Below, one piece after another: positions 13,401 to 25,975 of a stretch of DNA of 64,000 bases. Numbering within the stretch: the first letter of the stretch is position 1; each line of letters begins with the position of its first letter. This stretch comes from Malacoraja senta (lineage: Eukaryota): NCBI GenBank assembly GCA_038087875.1, contig CM075996.1:6946001-7010000 (forward strand). Reading direction: 5' to 3'. The translations under genes and the position numbers were made by a program. The notes under the pieces are model-generated. The model was not told where the DNA came from, did not search any database, and saw only the letters and a program-made list of their open reading frames with translations.

Positions 13401-16400
13401 TTGAGCTCTGCATTCAACACCATTGTGCCAGAGCTACTACACTCCAAACTTTCCGAGTTGACTGTGCCTGAACCCCTCTGTCAGTGGATCACCAGCTTCC
13501 TGACAGACAGGAAGCAGCATGTGAGGCTGGGAAAGCACATCTCGGACCCGCAAAGGCTCAGCATAGGAGCACCGCAAGGCTGCGTACTCTCTCCTCTCCT
13601 CTACTCTCTCTACACCAACGACTGCACCTCCACGGACTCCTCTGTCAAGCTTCTCAAGTTTGTGGACGACACAACCCTGATTGGACTGATCCAGGATGGG
13701 GAGGAATATGCCTACAGACAGGAAGTGACACAGCTGGCGTCCTGGTGCCGTCGCAACAACCTAGAGCTCAATGCTCTTAAGACAGTGGAATTTATTGTAG
13801 ACTTTAGGAGAGCTCCCCCTCCCCTCACCCCACTCACCATCAACAACACCACAGTCACATCTGTGGAGTTTTTTAAGTTCCTGGGAACCATCATCTCCAA
13901 GGACCTTAAGTGGGGGGCTACCATCGACTCCACAGTCAAAAAGGCACAACAGAGGATGTACTTCCTGCGGCAGCTGAGGAAGCACAATCTGCCGCAGGCA
14001 ATGATGGTCCAATTCTATACGGCCATCGTAGAGTCTGTTCTCACCTTCTCCATCATGGTCTGGTTTGGCTCAGCCACCAAGCACGACACCTGGAGGTTGC
14101 AGCGAATCGTTCGATCAGCAGAGAAGATTATTGGCTGCAACCTTCCCTCTATTGATGAACTGTACACTGCAAGGGCCAAGAAGCGAGCGAGCAAGATCAT
14201 CTCTGACCCCTCTCACCCTGGCCACAAACTCTTTGAATCACTTACCTCTGGAAGGCGACTCCGGATTGTCAAAGCTGCCACAGCCAGACATAAAAACAGT
14301 TTTTATCCACGAGTAGTTGCTCTACTCAACAGCCAAAAATCTGTAGCCTCCCTTTGATCTGGTATTTTGTTGGTTCACATGCTTGATCAATGGTGTTTAA
14401 TGTTTTATTATTATTAATGTTTAGTGTTTTCGGAGTCATTCGTAACTGTCACTGTGTGTCATGTTGTTACTTGTGGGCGGAGCACCAAGGCAAATTCCTT
14501 GTATGTGAATACTTGGCCAATAAACTTACTTTAGTTTGCTTGGTATAAATGTAAAATAGTCCCAACTGAGTTCGGGGATCGCTGGTAGGTGCGGACTCGG
14601 TGGGCTGAAGGGCCTGTTTCCGTGCTGTAGCTCGAAAGCTCCAAGAACTATTTTGATGCAAAATAGTTTTTAAACTGAGGCAGTGAGCACTTTGGCAAAA
14701 AAAAACACAACTGCTGGAGGCACTTGATTAGTTTAGTTTAGTTTAGTTTAGAGATACAGCACGGAAACAGGTCCTTCGGCCCACCGAGTCCACACCGACC
14801 GGCGATCCCTGCACACTAGCACTATCCTACACATACTAGGGACAATTTACATTTACACCAAGCTAATCAACCTACGAACCTGTACGTCTTTGGAGTGTGA
14901 GAGAAAGGCGAAGATCTCAGAAAAATCCACGCAGGTCACGGGGAGAACGTACAAACTCTGTACAGACAGCAGCCGTAGTCAGGATTGAACCCATGTTTCT
15001 GGTGCTGTGAGGTAACAGCTCTACCGCTGCGCCACCGTGCACCATAAAAACTTTAGATTTTAGCCTTAGTGCAAGGAAACAGCCCCTTCGGCCCACAGAG
15101 TCACCAATCACACCGTACACTCGCACTATCCTACACACAAGGGACAGCACACTACACACTAGGGATAGCAGGTACTATCGCAACGTTTAAGAAACATTTG
15201 GACAGGTACATGGATCGGATAGGTTTAGAGGGGTATGGGCCAAAGGCAGGCAGGTAGGACTAATTTAGATGGGACTAGTTAGTCGCTGTGAGCAAGTTGG
15301 GCTGAAGGGCCTGTTTCCACACTGTATGACTCTATTTTACAATTTACCGAAGCCAATTAACCTACAAACCTGTATGTCTTTGGAGTGTGGGAGGAAACCA
15401 GGAGCACCTGGAGAACACCCACGGGGACATGAGAAGAATGTACAAACTCTGTACAGACAGAACCCGTAGTCAGGATTAAACCATGGTCTCTGGCGCTGTA
15501 AGGCGGCAACTTTACCGCTGCGCCACCGTGCCGCACGTGGTATCGGGGGCAACAGCTGGCATTTGCCGAGTGCCGCTCTGCACAATCGTGGCAGTTTTCA
15601 CAACCAAGTGACTATGGCTAACCAGGTTAATTCAGAGCCAAAACATACAATAACACGTCTTCATTAAACAAAAGGCATTTCCCAGATCCATGAGGCACAA
15701 CAAGGCACTACACAGACACGAGGAAAAGCAGTGAGCTGTATCATAGTCATAGAGAGATACAGAGTGGATATAGGTCCATCAGCCCAACTTGCCCACACCG
15801 ACCAACATGCCCCATCTACACTATAATATAATTCCAGAATTTACACAATATAAATTAATAATTGGAGGAGATTTCAATTGTACATTAGACTCTTATTTAG
15901 ATAGATCATCAAGGCAAAAAAAAGTAAAATCTCAATCAAGTGTATTTTTAAATTCATTTATTAATACCACTAATATTAAGGATGTCTGGAGAATTGAAAA
16001 CCCAACTGGACGGGAATACTCATTTTACTCACCAGTACATAAAACATACTCAAGAATAGATTATTTTTTAGTTGACTCCACGTTTATCCCATTTACTTAT
16101 AACTCAAAATACCATAATATTATAATCTCAGACAACGCACCTGTAACATTTATGATTAAATTAAATGGAATGTCCGAGAAACAAACATATTGGAGATTTA
16201 ACCCACAAATATTGAATGAAAGATCATGTCAGGAATATCTTATTAAACAGATTCAAACATTTTTCGAGGCAAATGACAACCATGACACATCTGTTTCTCT
16301 TATTTGGGAAACATTTAAAGCGTTTGTCCGAGGTGCATTAATTTCTGCCCAAGTATTTTATAACAAAGAGAACCGGATTAAACAACAAACACTGGAAAGG

Positions 16401-19400
16401 GAAATAAAGCAACTAGATATAGAAAATGCGAGAATGCCATCTACGTTAAACATAATAAAATTGCTGTACTGAAATATAAACTAAACAAAATGTATTCAGA
16501 ACAAGTAATAAAACTTTATCAACGTACTAAACAATTACATTTTGAGTTTGGAGACAAACCACAAAAACTATTAGCACGTCAGCTACGAAAAATGGAGGGG
16601 GAAAAAATAATTCATAAAATTAGAGCAGATACAGGAGAATTATTAAAATTGCCCAAGGATATAAACGAGAGATTTCTCCAATACTATCATAATCTTTACT
16701 CAACTAAAACTAGTACAACCAGAAGGAATAGCAGATTTTTTACAAAAATGTAATTTAAAAGGTTTAGATTCAAAAGAATTATTAGAAGCAGAGATTACGA
16801 TAAAAGATATTGAAGAGTCTATTGGATCTTTAAAAAATGGTAAAGCAGTAGGACCAGATGGTTTAGGCTCTGATGAATTCTATAAAAAAAAATTATGATT
16901 TGCTTTCTCCACGTTTACAAATGCTGTATGAACATATTTATACTCAACAGAAACTTCCAGATACCTTAAATGAATCTATAATAACACTTATTCCTAAAGC
17001 TGATAAGGATCCGGAAGATCCAGGATCATATAGAGCAATTGCACTTTTAAATACAGATCAGAAAATACTAACCAAAATTTTAGCACACAGATTAAGTACA
17101 GTGATGAATAAACTAATACACCCTGACCAAACAGGTTTTATTCAGAAGTGGTATTCATATTACAATCTAAGAAGATTATTTAATATAATATATTCAAAGA
17201 GAAATATTAATGAAGATCTAGCAATAATCTCACTCGATGCTGAAAAAGCTTTTGATCAGGTGGAATGGCCCTATTTATTTTCGGTGATGGAAAAATTGCA
17301 GCTGGGCGAGAAATTTTGTGCATGGATAAAACTTATATACCAACCCTACGGCTAGAATATTAACAAACCAAAGGTTATCATCTAAATTTAACCTATCTAG
17401 AGGTTGTAGACAAGGATGCCCGTTGTCTCCATTATTATTTGCGCTTGTTATAGAGCCACTCGCAGAAAGAGTTAGGTCCCATCCGGAAATATATGGGTAT
17501 AACACAAAGGATACAGTGAATAAAATTTCTTTATACGCAGATGATGTATTAATTTACATTACAAAACCAGAAATTAGTATTCCAAATGTATTAAAGCTAA
17601 TAACCCAATTTGGTTCACTCTCAGGATACAGAATAAATTGGAATAAAAGTGAAATTATGCCAATAAGGGAACATAATAAACATATAATACAACAATTTCC
17701 ATTTAAAATAGTAAATGAAATATTCAAATACCTAGGCATTTATGTTACTAAGACATATACATCATTATTTAAAGCAAACTTTCCCCCATTACTGAATAAA
17801 CTACATAAGAATATTCAGTATTGGAAAACACTTCCTATCTCAATGGTTGGCAAAATTAATGCCATAAAAATGATTTTCTTACCGCAAATATTATACCTTT
17901 TTCAAACAATTCCGATATACTTGTCAAAAAACTTTTTTAAAAAGTTAGATTCCATTGTCAGTGACTTTATCTGGGATTATAAGAATCATAGGATAAGCAA
18001 AAAACATCTGTGCAAATCAAAAATAAATGGAGGTTTGGTTTTACCAAACTTTTTTTCTTTTTGGGCAGTTAACATTAAAAATATGAATTTTTGGTTGGAA
18101 GAAATAGATCAACAACCAGATTGGTTAAAAATGGAAAAGGAAGATTGCTCACCTTTTGAAATCGGCTCGATACTATTTGCTACTTCCAAATTAAATTAAA
18201 AAATTTATAGGGAAAATCCGATAATATATAGTACCATGCGAATTTGGAAACAATTAAAAAATACATTAAAACTAGATAATTTATCACTTTTTCTTCCAAT
18301 TGCGAATAACCCTTTGTTTAAGCCCTCATGGTTGGACAAAGGTTTCACACAATGGAAAAACTATGGAATTAAAAAGATGGGACAACTTTATAAGGAAGGC
18401 ACTTTTCTTTCATTTCAGGAGTTGCAACAGACTTATGGACTTCAAGTAAATGATTTTTTCAGATATCTTCAACTTAGAGATTACGTAAAAGCAAATACTC
18501 GAAATTTTAGAATTAGAAATTCAGAAATTTTTGACGACTGTTGGAATAAACATCCTAATACTGAAAAACTAATATCTTATATATATAATATTTTATTAGA
18601 CAGTGATATTCCATTGACGGACTTACACAGACAAACTTGGGAAAAAGAACTAAATCAAATAATAACGAAAGATACTTGGGAAGAAAGTTTACAACACATA
18701 CATCAATGTTCATTAAATGCCAGACATTCTCTAATACAATTCAAAGTAATACATAGGTTACATTATTCTAAAACAAAATTAAATGAAATCTTCCCACATA
18801 TCTCACCAATATGTGATAAATGTCAACATTTAGAAGCTAACTTATCTCATATGTTTGCAAATTGCATAAAAATTAAAAATTTCTGGGTAAATATTTTCAC
18901 AATAATATCTAAAGTGACTAGCATTCAATTGGACCCGGATCCAAAATTAATAATACTTGGAACATTAGAACTAAATCAAACATTTACATCAACTCAAAGA
19001 AACTTTATTGATTATAGTATAATAACTGGGAAAAAATTAATTCTAAAATTTTGGAAAGGCCCTATAACCCCCACAATTAAAATGTGGATTACAGAAATGA
19101 CAGAGACCTTAAACTTGGAAAGAATTAGACTTGTCCTGTTGGACAAACAGGAACTATTCGTCGGAACATGGTCTCCCTTTATTGACTATTTAAAGGGTCA
19201 GAATGGTTCAGCACGAGAACCTGACTAACACCCGTGCCAAGGAATAGATGAAATGTTATACTCTGAAATGTACGAATATATCTCGAATTAAATTTTTTAT
19301 CGTAGTAAATTATTCCATTCTTCTTTATTATCTTTCTTTTTTTTTTTTTTTTTTTGTTTCTTCTCTTTTTTCTCTTTCCTTATTTCATCTATCTTTTTAG

Positions 19401-22400
19401 TTCTATTTAGTTGTTTTTTTTTAAATGAAAAAAGTATTGGAGACATTGTAATAATAATGGACGATATCAGTAATTTAAAAATGTAAGACTGGTATCGATT
19501 TTAATATGATATGTATTTACCTCCAATAAAAAATAATTTCAAAAAGAAAAAAAAAGAAAACGAGATCAAAAAAGTAAGCGCCATCTAGTGTTCAATGGTC
19601 ATATTACTCCGTGGGGAGCCTAATTCCGTGCTGCTGTCTATTTAAACCATATATTATACCATATATATAACATATGACGTGAATATGACTAGATTTAGTA
19701 GCACTCACTGGCGGGCCGACAGCCCGACCGATCCTTCACAGCATCCACCGGCGGGCCAACAGCCCGACCGACCGACTGATCGACTGACTGACCGACTGAT
19801 TGTCCGACCGACTGACAGACCGAACGACTGACTGACTGACTGACACTAATCCTAATCCTAACCCTAGCTCTACATTTTTATTTATCATTTTTATTTAACA
19901 GTTCACATCATAACCTTACAAAGATAAATCAATTGTAAAACCAAATTATCAGCAAGGTTAGCATTACCTTTATTCCTTGGAAACCTTGTTATTGTTTTGA
20001 TGTAATTAGGAGGCAGCCATGATGCCAGAGTGCTCGCTCCCTAGCTACCATGAAACAAAGCGCGTGATTGGTCAATTGGCGTCTGACGCAATGTTAAACG
20101 TGCATTGTATGGACAATTACTACTCGGAAAATTTGAGGTTTTTCTCATATTTTAAAAATATGTGCAGGTTTTGTTCTTGACGAGTTTCAGGTATGATTTC
20201 TATAATATTATTACACAATATGTTAAAAATTCAGATAGTTACGTATTTGGGTCACGAACTTAAACGAAAAAGCACCTCGGCCCACAGCCAAGATCTATTC
20301 CTCTCATGATTTTATACTCCTCTATAAGATCACCCCTCATCCTCCCTCCTGCGCTGTCCCAGCCTGCTCAACCTCTCCCTATAGCTCACACCCTCTGGTC
20401 CTGGCAACATCCTTGTAAATCTTCTCTGCACCTTTCCAGCTTGGCAACATCTTTCCTATAACACTGCGCCCAGAACTGAACACAGTGCTCTAAATGCGGC
20501 CTCACCAACTACGTTGCAGAAATTTGCCCGGACAGAATTCAAAAACAGAGGAACAAAACAGAAGTCGCTCTCACTGAATTATGTGAAAAGAAAATCCTCA
20601 TTTAAAGATGTTAATTGATTTTTCCCTCCGCCCGTGTTCATTGGCACTCATGCAGAAGATGCGATGTCACGTTGCGGAAAGTCGAGATGCAGATCATCCT
20701 TTGGAACGCAATGCCCCCTAACACGGGGGTCACGTGTATCATAGGGGAAGGATTAGTTTAGCTTAGTTTAGAGATACAGCACGGAAACAGGCCCTTCAGC
20801 CATCGACTCCGCGCAGACCGGCGATCCCCGCACACACTCAACACTATCCTACGCACACTAGGGACAATTTACCATTTTTTAAAACCAAATCCAATTAACC
20901 TACAAACCTGCACGTCTTTGGAGTGCGGGAGGAAACCGGAGCACCCGGAGATAACCCACACAGGTCACGGGAGAACGTACAAATTCCAAACCGCGGTACC
21001 CCATGGTCAGGATCAAACCCGGATCTCTGGCGCTGTGAGGCCATAACTGTTCCGCTGGGCCACCGTGCTGGTTGTTCAGAGGAGAATTGGTCAGGGCAAG
21101 GCTAAGACGGAGGCCGCAGGTATCTGCTGTGGGTGCGGGGGAGGGGGTGTGGGCATCGGAAGTCTGGCATCGCTGGAGTTGGCAGGACGGGGAGGGACAA
21201 ACATAGACAATAGGTGCACAAGTAGGCCATTTGGCCCTTCAAGCCAGCACTGACATTCTTTATTCAATATGATCATGGCTGATTATCCAAAATCAATACT
21301 CCGTTCCTGCTTTCACCTCATATTCTTTCATTCCTTTAGCTCTAAGAGCTAAATCTAACTCATGGGGAACATTTCTCCTACATCTAGCCTGTCCAAGGAG
21401 GAAAACAGAATGATGATTCATCTCTTACCTCGACGACCCTTCTCTGACCTTTACTTGGACTTCTAGAGAGCCACGAGGTACCAGTATCAAATCATGTATT
21501 GCCAGGTCCTGTGGGAAAGGAAAAACTTTCTGCGATGGCAATATTAACATAGAAACATAGAAAATAGATGCAGGTGTAGGCCATTCGGCCCATCGAGCCA
21601 GCACCACCATTCAATATCATCATGGCTGATCATCCAAAATCAGTACCCGTTCCTGCTTTTCCCCCATATCCTTTGATTCCGTTAGTACTAAGACTTATAT
21701 CTAACTCTCTCTTGAAAACATCCAGTGAATTGGCCTCCACTGCCTTCTGCGGCAGAGAATTCCACAGATTCACAACTCTCTGGGTGAAAATGTTTTACCT
21801 CAGCTCAGTCCTAAATGGCCCTACCCCTTATTCTTAAACTGTGACCCCTGGTTCTCGACTTCCCCAACATCGGGAACATTTTTCCTGCATCTAGCCCAAG
21901 GGTGTCAAACTCGTTTTAGGCCACGGGGGCCGGATTGGGCAAAACGCAACTTCATGAGGGCCGGATCAGTTGTGAACGCACGCTCCCACAGCTTTCGTTG
22001 CCTTCGTTTTTTCAACCTGCTCTCATGTCTCTCAGTACCTGCTATAACTACAAAGTGTTTCACTTTACGAATTTTGTTTCTTATGAAGTAGATTGCCAAG
22101 CAAGCATTATTTTTATGATTGGTATTAACTTACAGTCGTAGGCTACAAGAAAGTTGTGATGAGAGAAAAAACAATGCTATTTTGGCTAAGATTGTTTCAG
22201 GGAGCCACACCCTTTCCATTAATAAACCATTTGAAATCGAACATTAGCAGGCACAAATGTAGACCTAACGAAACAAATTGTAAATGTAGGCTACACAACT
22301 GCACCTAATTTTTATTAGCCTGCTTCCAGCAACCGCTCAGACAATGAACACAGTTAGCCTTTAATTTTTATTGAAGTGATCACATTTACAGTAATAGAAT

Positions 22401-25400
22401 ATTCAGAATATGAATAAATCACAATATTATGACTCAATATTTCATAATGAATTTTACTTACATGTCTCAGTGCATCGAACAGTGTCACTCATTTTTCACT
22501 TGCTGCTTCCAGACGCCTGACATCTCTTGGCTATAACCGTAAGCCCCCCTCGGTCATGACTGACCATGGGTGATGCATCCTAGTTGTTGGCTGCTTGCTC
22601 CAAACCTCGGCAAGAGCAGCATCGCTTGTGGCTGTCATCGTTATCCAGACATTCCAAGTTCCCAGTTTTAGAGCTGGTCTCTTTTGTTGTCAGGTACGAA
22701 GGTTGCTATCTGCTGTTGGGATGGTTCCTAATCCCCGTGCACCCAGTGAGGAGAGCAGACTGTGGCGGGACAGCACCTTATTGGCTGGCGGCTGCCCAGC
22801 TTGAGGTGAGTGGTAGCTGTCCAGTGAGATCCGAAAATCCCTCCCACCGTCGGGAGCAACCCCTGGCGCCTCGCTTTATGCCAATCTAGCAATGACTTAT
22901 AACCGGTAACTGTTGCTCCCCGTGTTATGGCGAAGCTGGAGTGTCCTCTCCAGGTTGTAGGTGTAGGTTTGCAGGTGAGTGATGTGTGGTCGGATGCAAC
23001 CCTGGGAATGTCATATGGAGGACAGGCTGTTGCCCATGCAGCCATTTCCAGGTTGCTGATCAATCCAAAAGAACAGCAGGACCGGTACAGTTTGGCACCA
23101 GCGCCGTCGCAGGAGCCTTAGGGACTCCGACCGGATTTTTCTTGAGGGTTACTCCAGGAGCCTCAAGGCCACAGTGGAGGTTTTAAATCAGAGTTTTCCC
23201 TCTCCTAGATGGGCTGATGAGCCCCATCTGCCCGAGACTCGTGGGGGCGGGAGCATCTACCTTCCTGTGCAGGTCTATAGCACCTGCCCACTGCGCATCC
23301 AGCTTTAACCAGCCTGTCAACATCAGGGGCCAGTTTCTGGACAGTTGTGATTTTCATAATGTCATTTCGATGTCTGTGAGTCAGCTGCGAGCGCAGTTTG
23401 CATTTGTTAATGTTCATTATGGAGAGGTGCCTTGTCTGGGGGCTCTGGTCTGGGGGGAGGGGGTGTCTGGTCTGGGGGGTGTGTCTGGTCTGGGGAGCTG
23501 TCTGGTCTGGGGGGTGTCTGATCTGGGGGGGTGTCTGGTTTGGAGGGGAGGGGAGTGTCTGGTCTGGGGGGGGTGAGCGGGTGTCTAGTCTGGGGGGAGG
23601 GGGGTTGTCTGGTCTGGTGGGGTGTCTGGCCTGGGGGGGTGTCTGGCCTGGGGGGTGGGGGAGTGGTCAGAGCTGGGGGAGGGTGTGTCTGGTTTGGAGG
23701 GGGGTGCCCGTCTGGGGGGATGAGCGGGTGTCTGGTCTGGGGAAGTGTTGGGTCTGGATTGTGTCTGATCTGGGGGTGTCTGGTCTGGGGGGTGGGTATC
23801 TGGTCTGGGGAGGAGGAGGTGCCTGGTCTGTGGGGGAGGAGGTGTCTGGTCTGTGGGGGAGAGGGTTTCTGGTCTGGGTAGTCGTTAAATCCAGACGACG
23901 CCTCACCTGCCGGCAGGCGGTGTCCAGAGGGACATTGTGCTCTGTCCTGAGGGTCGGGAGCAGCCGACATCAGCGCAGTGAGGAGGCAGCCGCCGCTGGT
24001 GATGATGAGCCATGGCGCTGGTAGCGTCCATGCGGCGCCGGGGGAAGGGGGGGAGGGGGAACTGGGTCTCTGCACATCCCTCTGCAATTGGATCCTCGAC
24101 TTCCTCATTCACAGACCATAGTCTGTTCGAATTGGAGGAACCACTTCATCCTCAGTAACAATGAGTACAGGAGCTCCCTGCTATAATCACTCTATACTCA
24201 TGACTGCGTAGCCGGTCATAGTGCGAACTCCATCATCAAGTTTGCCGACGACACCACTGTGGTTGGACGAATTACAGATGGGGACGAGTCAGAGTATAGA
24301 AGTGAGATCGACCGACTGACCAAATGCTGCCAGCACAACAACCTGGCTCTCAACATCAGTAAGACCAAGGAACTGATTGTGGACTTTGGTAAGGGAAGGA
24401 TGAGGACCCACAATCCTGTTTATATCAACGGAACGATGGTGGAAAGGGTCAATACCTTCAAATTCCTGGGCGTGCATATTTCCGAAGATCTTTCCTGGAC
24501 CCAGCACACCGATGCAATTATAAAGAAGGCACATCAGCGACTCTACTTCCTGAGAAGATTACGGAGATTCGGTATGTCAAAGAGGATTCTCCTAAACCTC
24601 TACAGGTGCACAGTAGAGAGCATTCTGACTGGTTGCATCGTGGCCTGGTTCGGCAAGTTGAACGTCCAGGAGCGAAAAAGACTACAAAAAGTTGTGACCA
24701 CTGCCCAGTCCATCACCGGCTTTGACCTCCCCACCGTCGAAGGGATCTATTGTAGTCGCTGCCTCAAAAAGGCAGCCAAAATCATCAAGGACCCACACCA
24801 TCCTGGCTACGCACTCATCTCACCATTGCCATCAGGAAGAAGGTACAGGAGCCTGAGGACTGTAACGTCCAGGTTCAGGAACAGCTTCTACCCTACAGCC
24901 ATCAGGCTATTATCCACAACAACGAATAAGCTCTGAACTGCAAAAGACTATATTATTATTTGTTATTTGCACTATATTTGTTATTTATTGAACTTTTTCT
25001 TTTTTTCTCTTCCCCCGTTATTTACTATGTTTACATATTCACATATTCTGTTGTGCTGCAGCAGTAAGAATTTCATTGTCCCGTCTGGGACATATGACAA
25101 TAATAGACTCTTGACTCTTCAGACTGATTCAGACACAGAAGAAGGTTCCCGACCCATAACATTACCTATCCATGTTCTCCGGAGAGGAAGAAAAGTCTCG
25201 ACTAGAAACACCACCAATTCCTGTTCTCCAGAAAGGCCTTCACGCAACCCAACCACCCTTCTATTGATTCCATTTATACCCCTCACGCTGCCTCAACAAG
25301 CCCAGCAGCATAATCATGGATTAGTCGCACCCTGGCCACTCCCTGTTCTCCTCTCTCCCATCAGGCAAAAGGTATAGAAGTGTGAAAATACACACCTCCA

Positions 25401-25890
25401 CATTCAGGGACAGTTTCTTCCCAACAGTTATCAGGCAACTGAATCATCCTACCACAACCAGAGAGCAGTGCTGAACCTCTTTGATGTCCCTCGGACAATC
25501 CTTGACCGGACTTTGCTGGCTTTACCTTTGCACCAAACGTTATTCCCTTATCATGTATCTACAATATTCAATAGATTGATTGTAATCATGTATTGCCTTT
25601 CCGCTGGCTGGTTGGCACGCAACTAAAAAGCTTTTCACTATATCTCGGTACACGTGACAATAAACTAAACTGAAACTGAACTCTGATGCACATCAAGTTC
25701 TTTACCACGGATTGCCAGCACTGAGGGAGCTGCTGAGGTAAAACATCTTCTGCAAGTTAAAAGCTTTGGATAAGAAGTTTAAAAAATGGGTTCAAGCGAG
25801 CTGGCGGATGCTTCAATGAGTCAATAACTCATCACAGGTTACAGCACAGTTGAATGAAGCTGGTGGGAACTCAATACTCACCGTGTCCAT
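10343..25890 (-). CDS. Prototype galectin gene A (galectin-1/2-like), join(25890-25882,21508-21429,12894-12729,10492-10343), 134 aa
   Basis: Spliced translation MDT/DLAIHDLILVPRGSLEVQVKVREGSSR/FEINIGQDPDNLALHFNPRFDDDPLTITLNSRHQGKWQEEIRTMDFPFKKSGNFM/ILIHFDGVEFHIVSQDTHHVTFPNRSGKNVLNYLNVNGNVDVQVIKLNN*. All introns are GT-AG with phases 0/2/0. The 9-nt and 80-nt first coding exons match the LGALS1 layout. Galectin motifs HFNPRF, WxxExR and FPNR are present. Confidence 0.93.
10546..11415 (-). mobile_element. Rex1/Babar-like LINE 3' fragment inserted into a SINE
   Basis: KFADDTTVVG, KFLGVHI, KAHQRLYFLRRL; ttgac-type tail. The host SINE head is split between 10521-10545 and 11416 onward. Confidence 0.85.
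12729..12894 (-). CDS. Galectin A exon 3 (166 nt, carbohydrate-recognition core)
   Basis: ttagttgcag|ATTCGAA...TTCATG|gtaaga; encodes LALHFNPRF...LN...WQEEIR...FPF. Confidence 0.95.
13290..14530 (+). mobile_element. Rex1/Babar-like LINE RT fragment
   Basis: SSAFNTI, GAPQGCVLSPLLYSLYTND, KFVDDTT (ORF 13401-14357). Confidence 0.88.
14730..15040 (-). mobile_element. tRNA-derived V-SINE (HE1-like), representative copy
   Basis: A box (ggtggcgcagcgg), B box (gggttcaatcc), V-domain and (ctaaa)n tail. Confidence 0.8.
15825..19560 (+). mobile_element. L1-clade LINE, 5'-truncated, frameshifted ORF2 (in galectin A intron 2, antisense)
   Basis: EN (IIGGDFN, SRIDYFL), RT (SLDAEKAFD, LYADD), CCHC; AATAAA at ~19525 and A-rich tail. 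Confidence 0.93.
21429..21508 (-). CDS. Galectin A exon 2 (80 nt)
   Basis: cctttcccacag|GACCTGGCA...TCGTCGAG|gtaaga; encodes DLAIHDLILVPRGSLEVQVKVREGSS(R). Confidence 0.88.
21897..23425 (-). mobile_element. hAT-Charlie transposon 3' end (transposase C-terminus plus TIR)
   Basis: TIR caagggtgtcaaactc. MNINKCKLRSQLTHRH.NDIMKI...DVDRLVK/AKRCQASG is split by an insertion. Confidence 0.75.
22539..23301 (-). mobile_element. Non-coding retroposon, probably RTE-derived, nested in the hAT element
   Basis: Flanked by gctataacc/gctttaacc, a likely TSD. Contains ctaggagagggaaaactctgattt, similar to RTE 5'UTRs. Confidence 0.5.
23430..23880. repeat. G-rich minisatellite (gtgtctggtctgggggg-like)
   Basis: Direct inspection. 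Confidence 0.88.
24045..25115 (+). mobile_element. Rex1/Babar-like LINE 3' fragment (same family as 10546-11415)
   Basis: ORF 24259-24936 is highly similar to the 10724-11392 ORFs. Confidence 0.87.
25882..25890 (-). CDS. Galectin A coding exon 1 (MDT)
   Basis: accaccATGGACACG|gtgagt: good Kozak context, strong donor, ~80 nt downstream of TATAAA. Confidence 0.85.
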
Positions 25891-25969
25891 GGTGGTATCT
25901 GGATCCATCCTTCCTCCACGTTAGAAGAATAATCAGCTCCTGGATGTGAACCTGCGGTAGTAATCATGG

Positions 25970-25975
25970 TTTATA
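25970..25975 (-). promoter_or_regulatory. TATA box of galectin A
   Basis: TATAAA upstream of exon 1; the flank is conserved with the gene B promoter. Confidence 0.75.

Noticed and set aside
23398..24108. Long Gly/Trp-rich and Pro-rich ORFs
   Set aside because: Translation of a stop-poor G-rich minisatellite.
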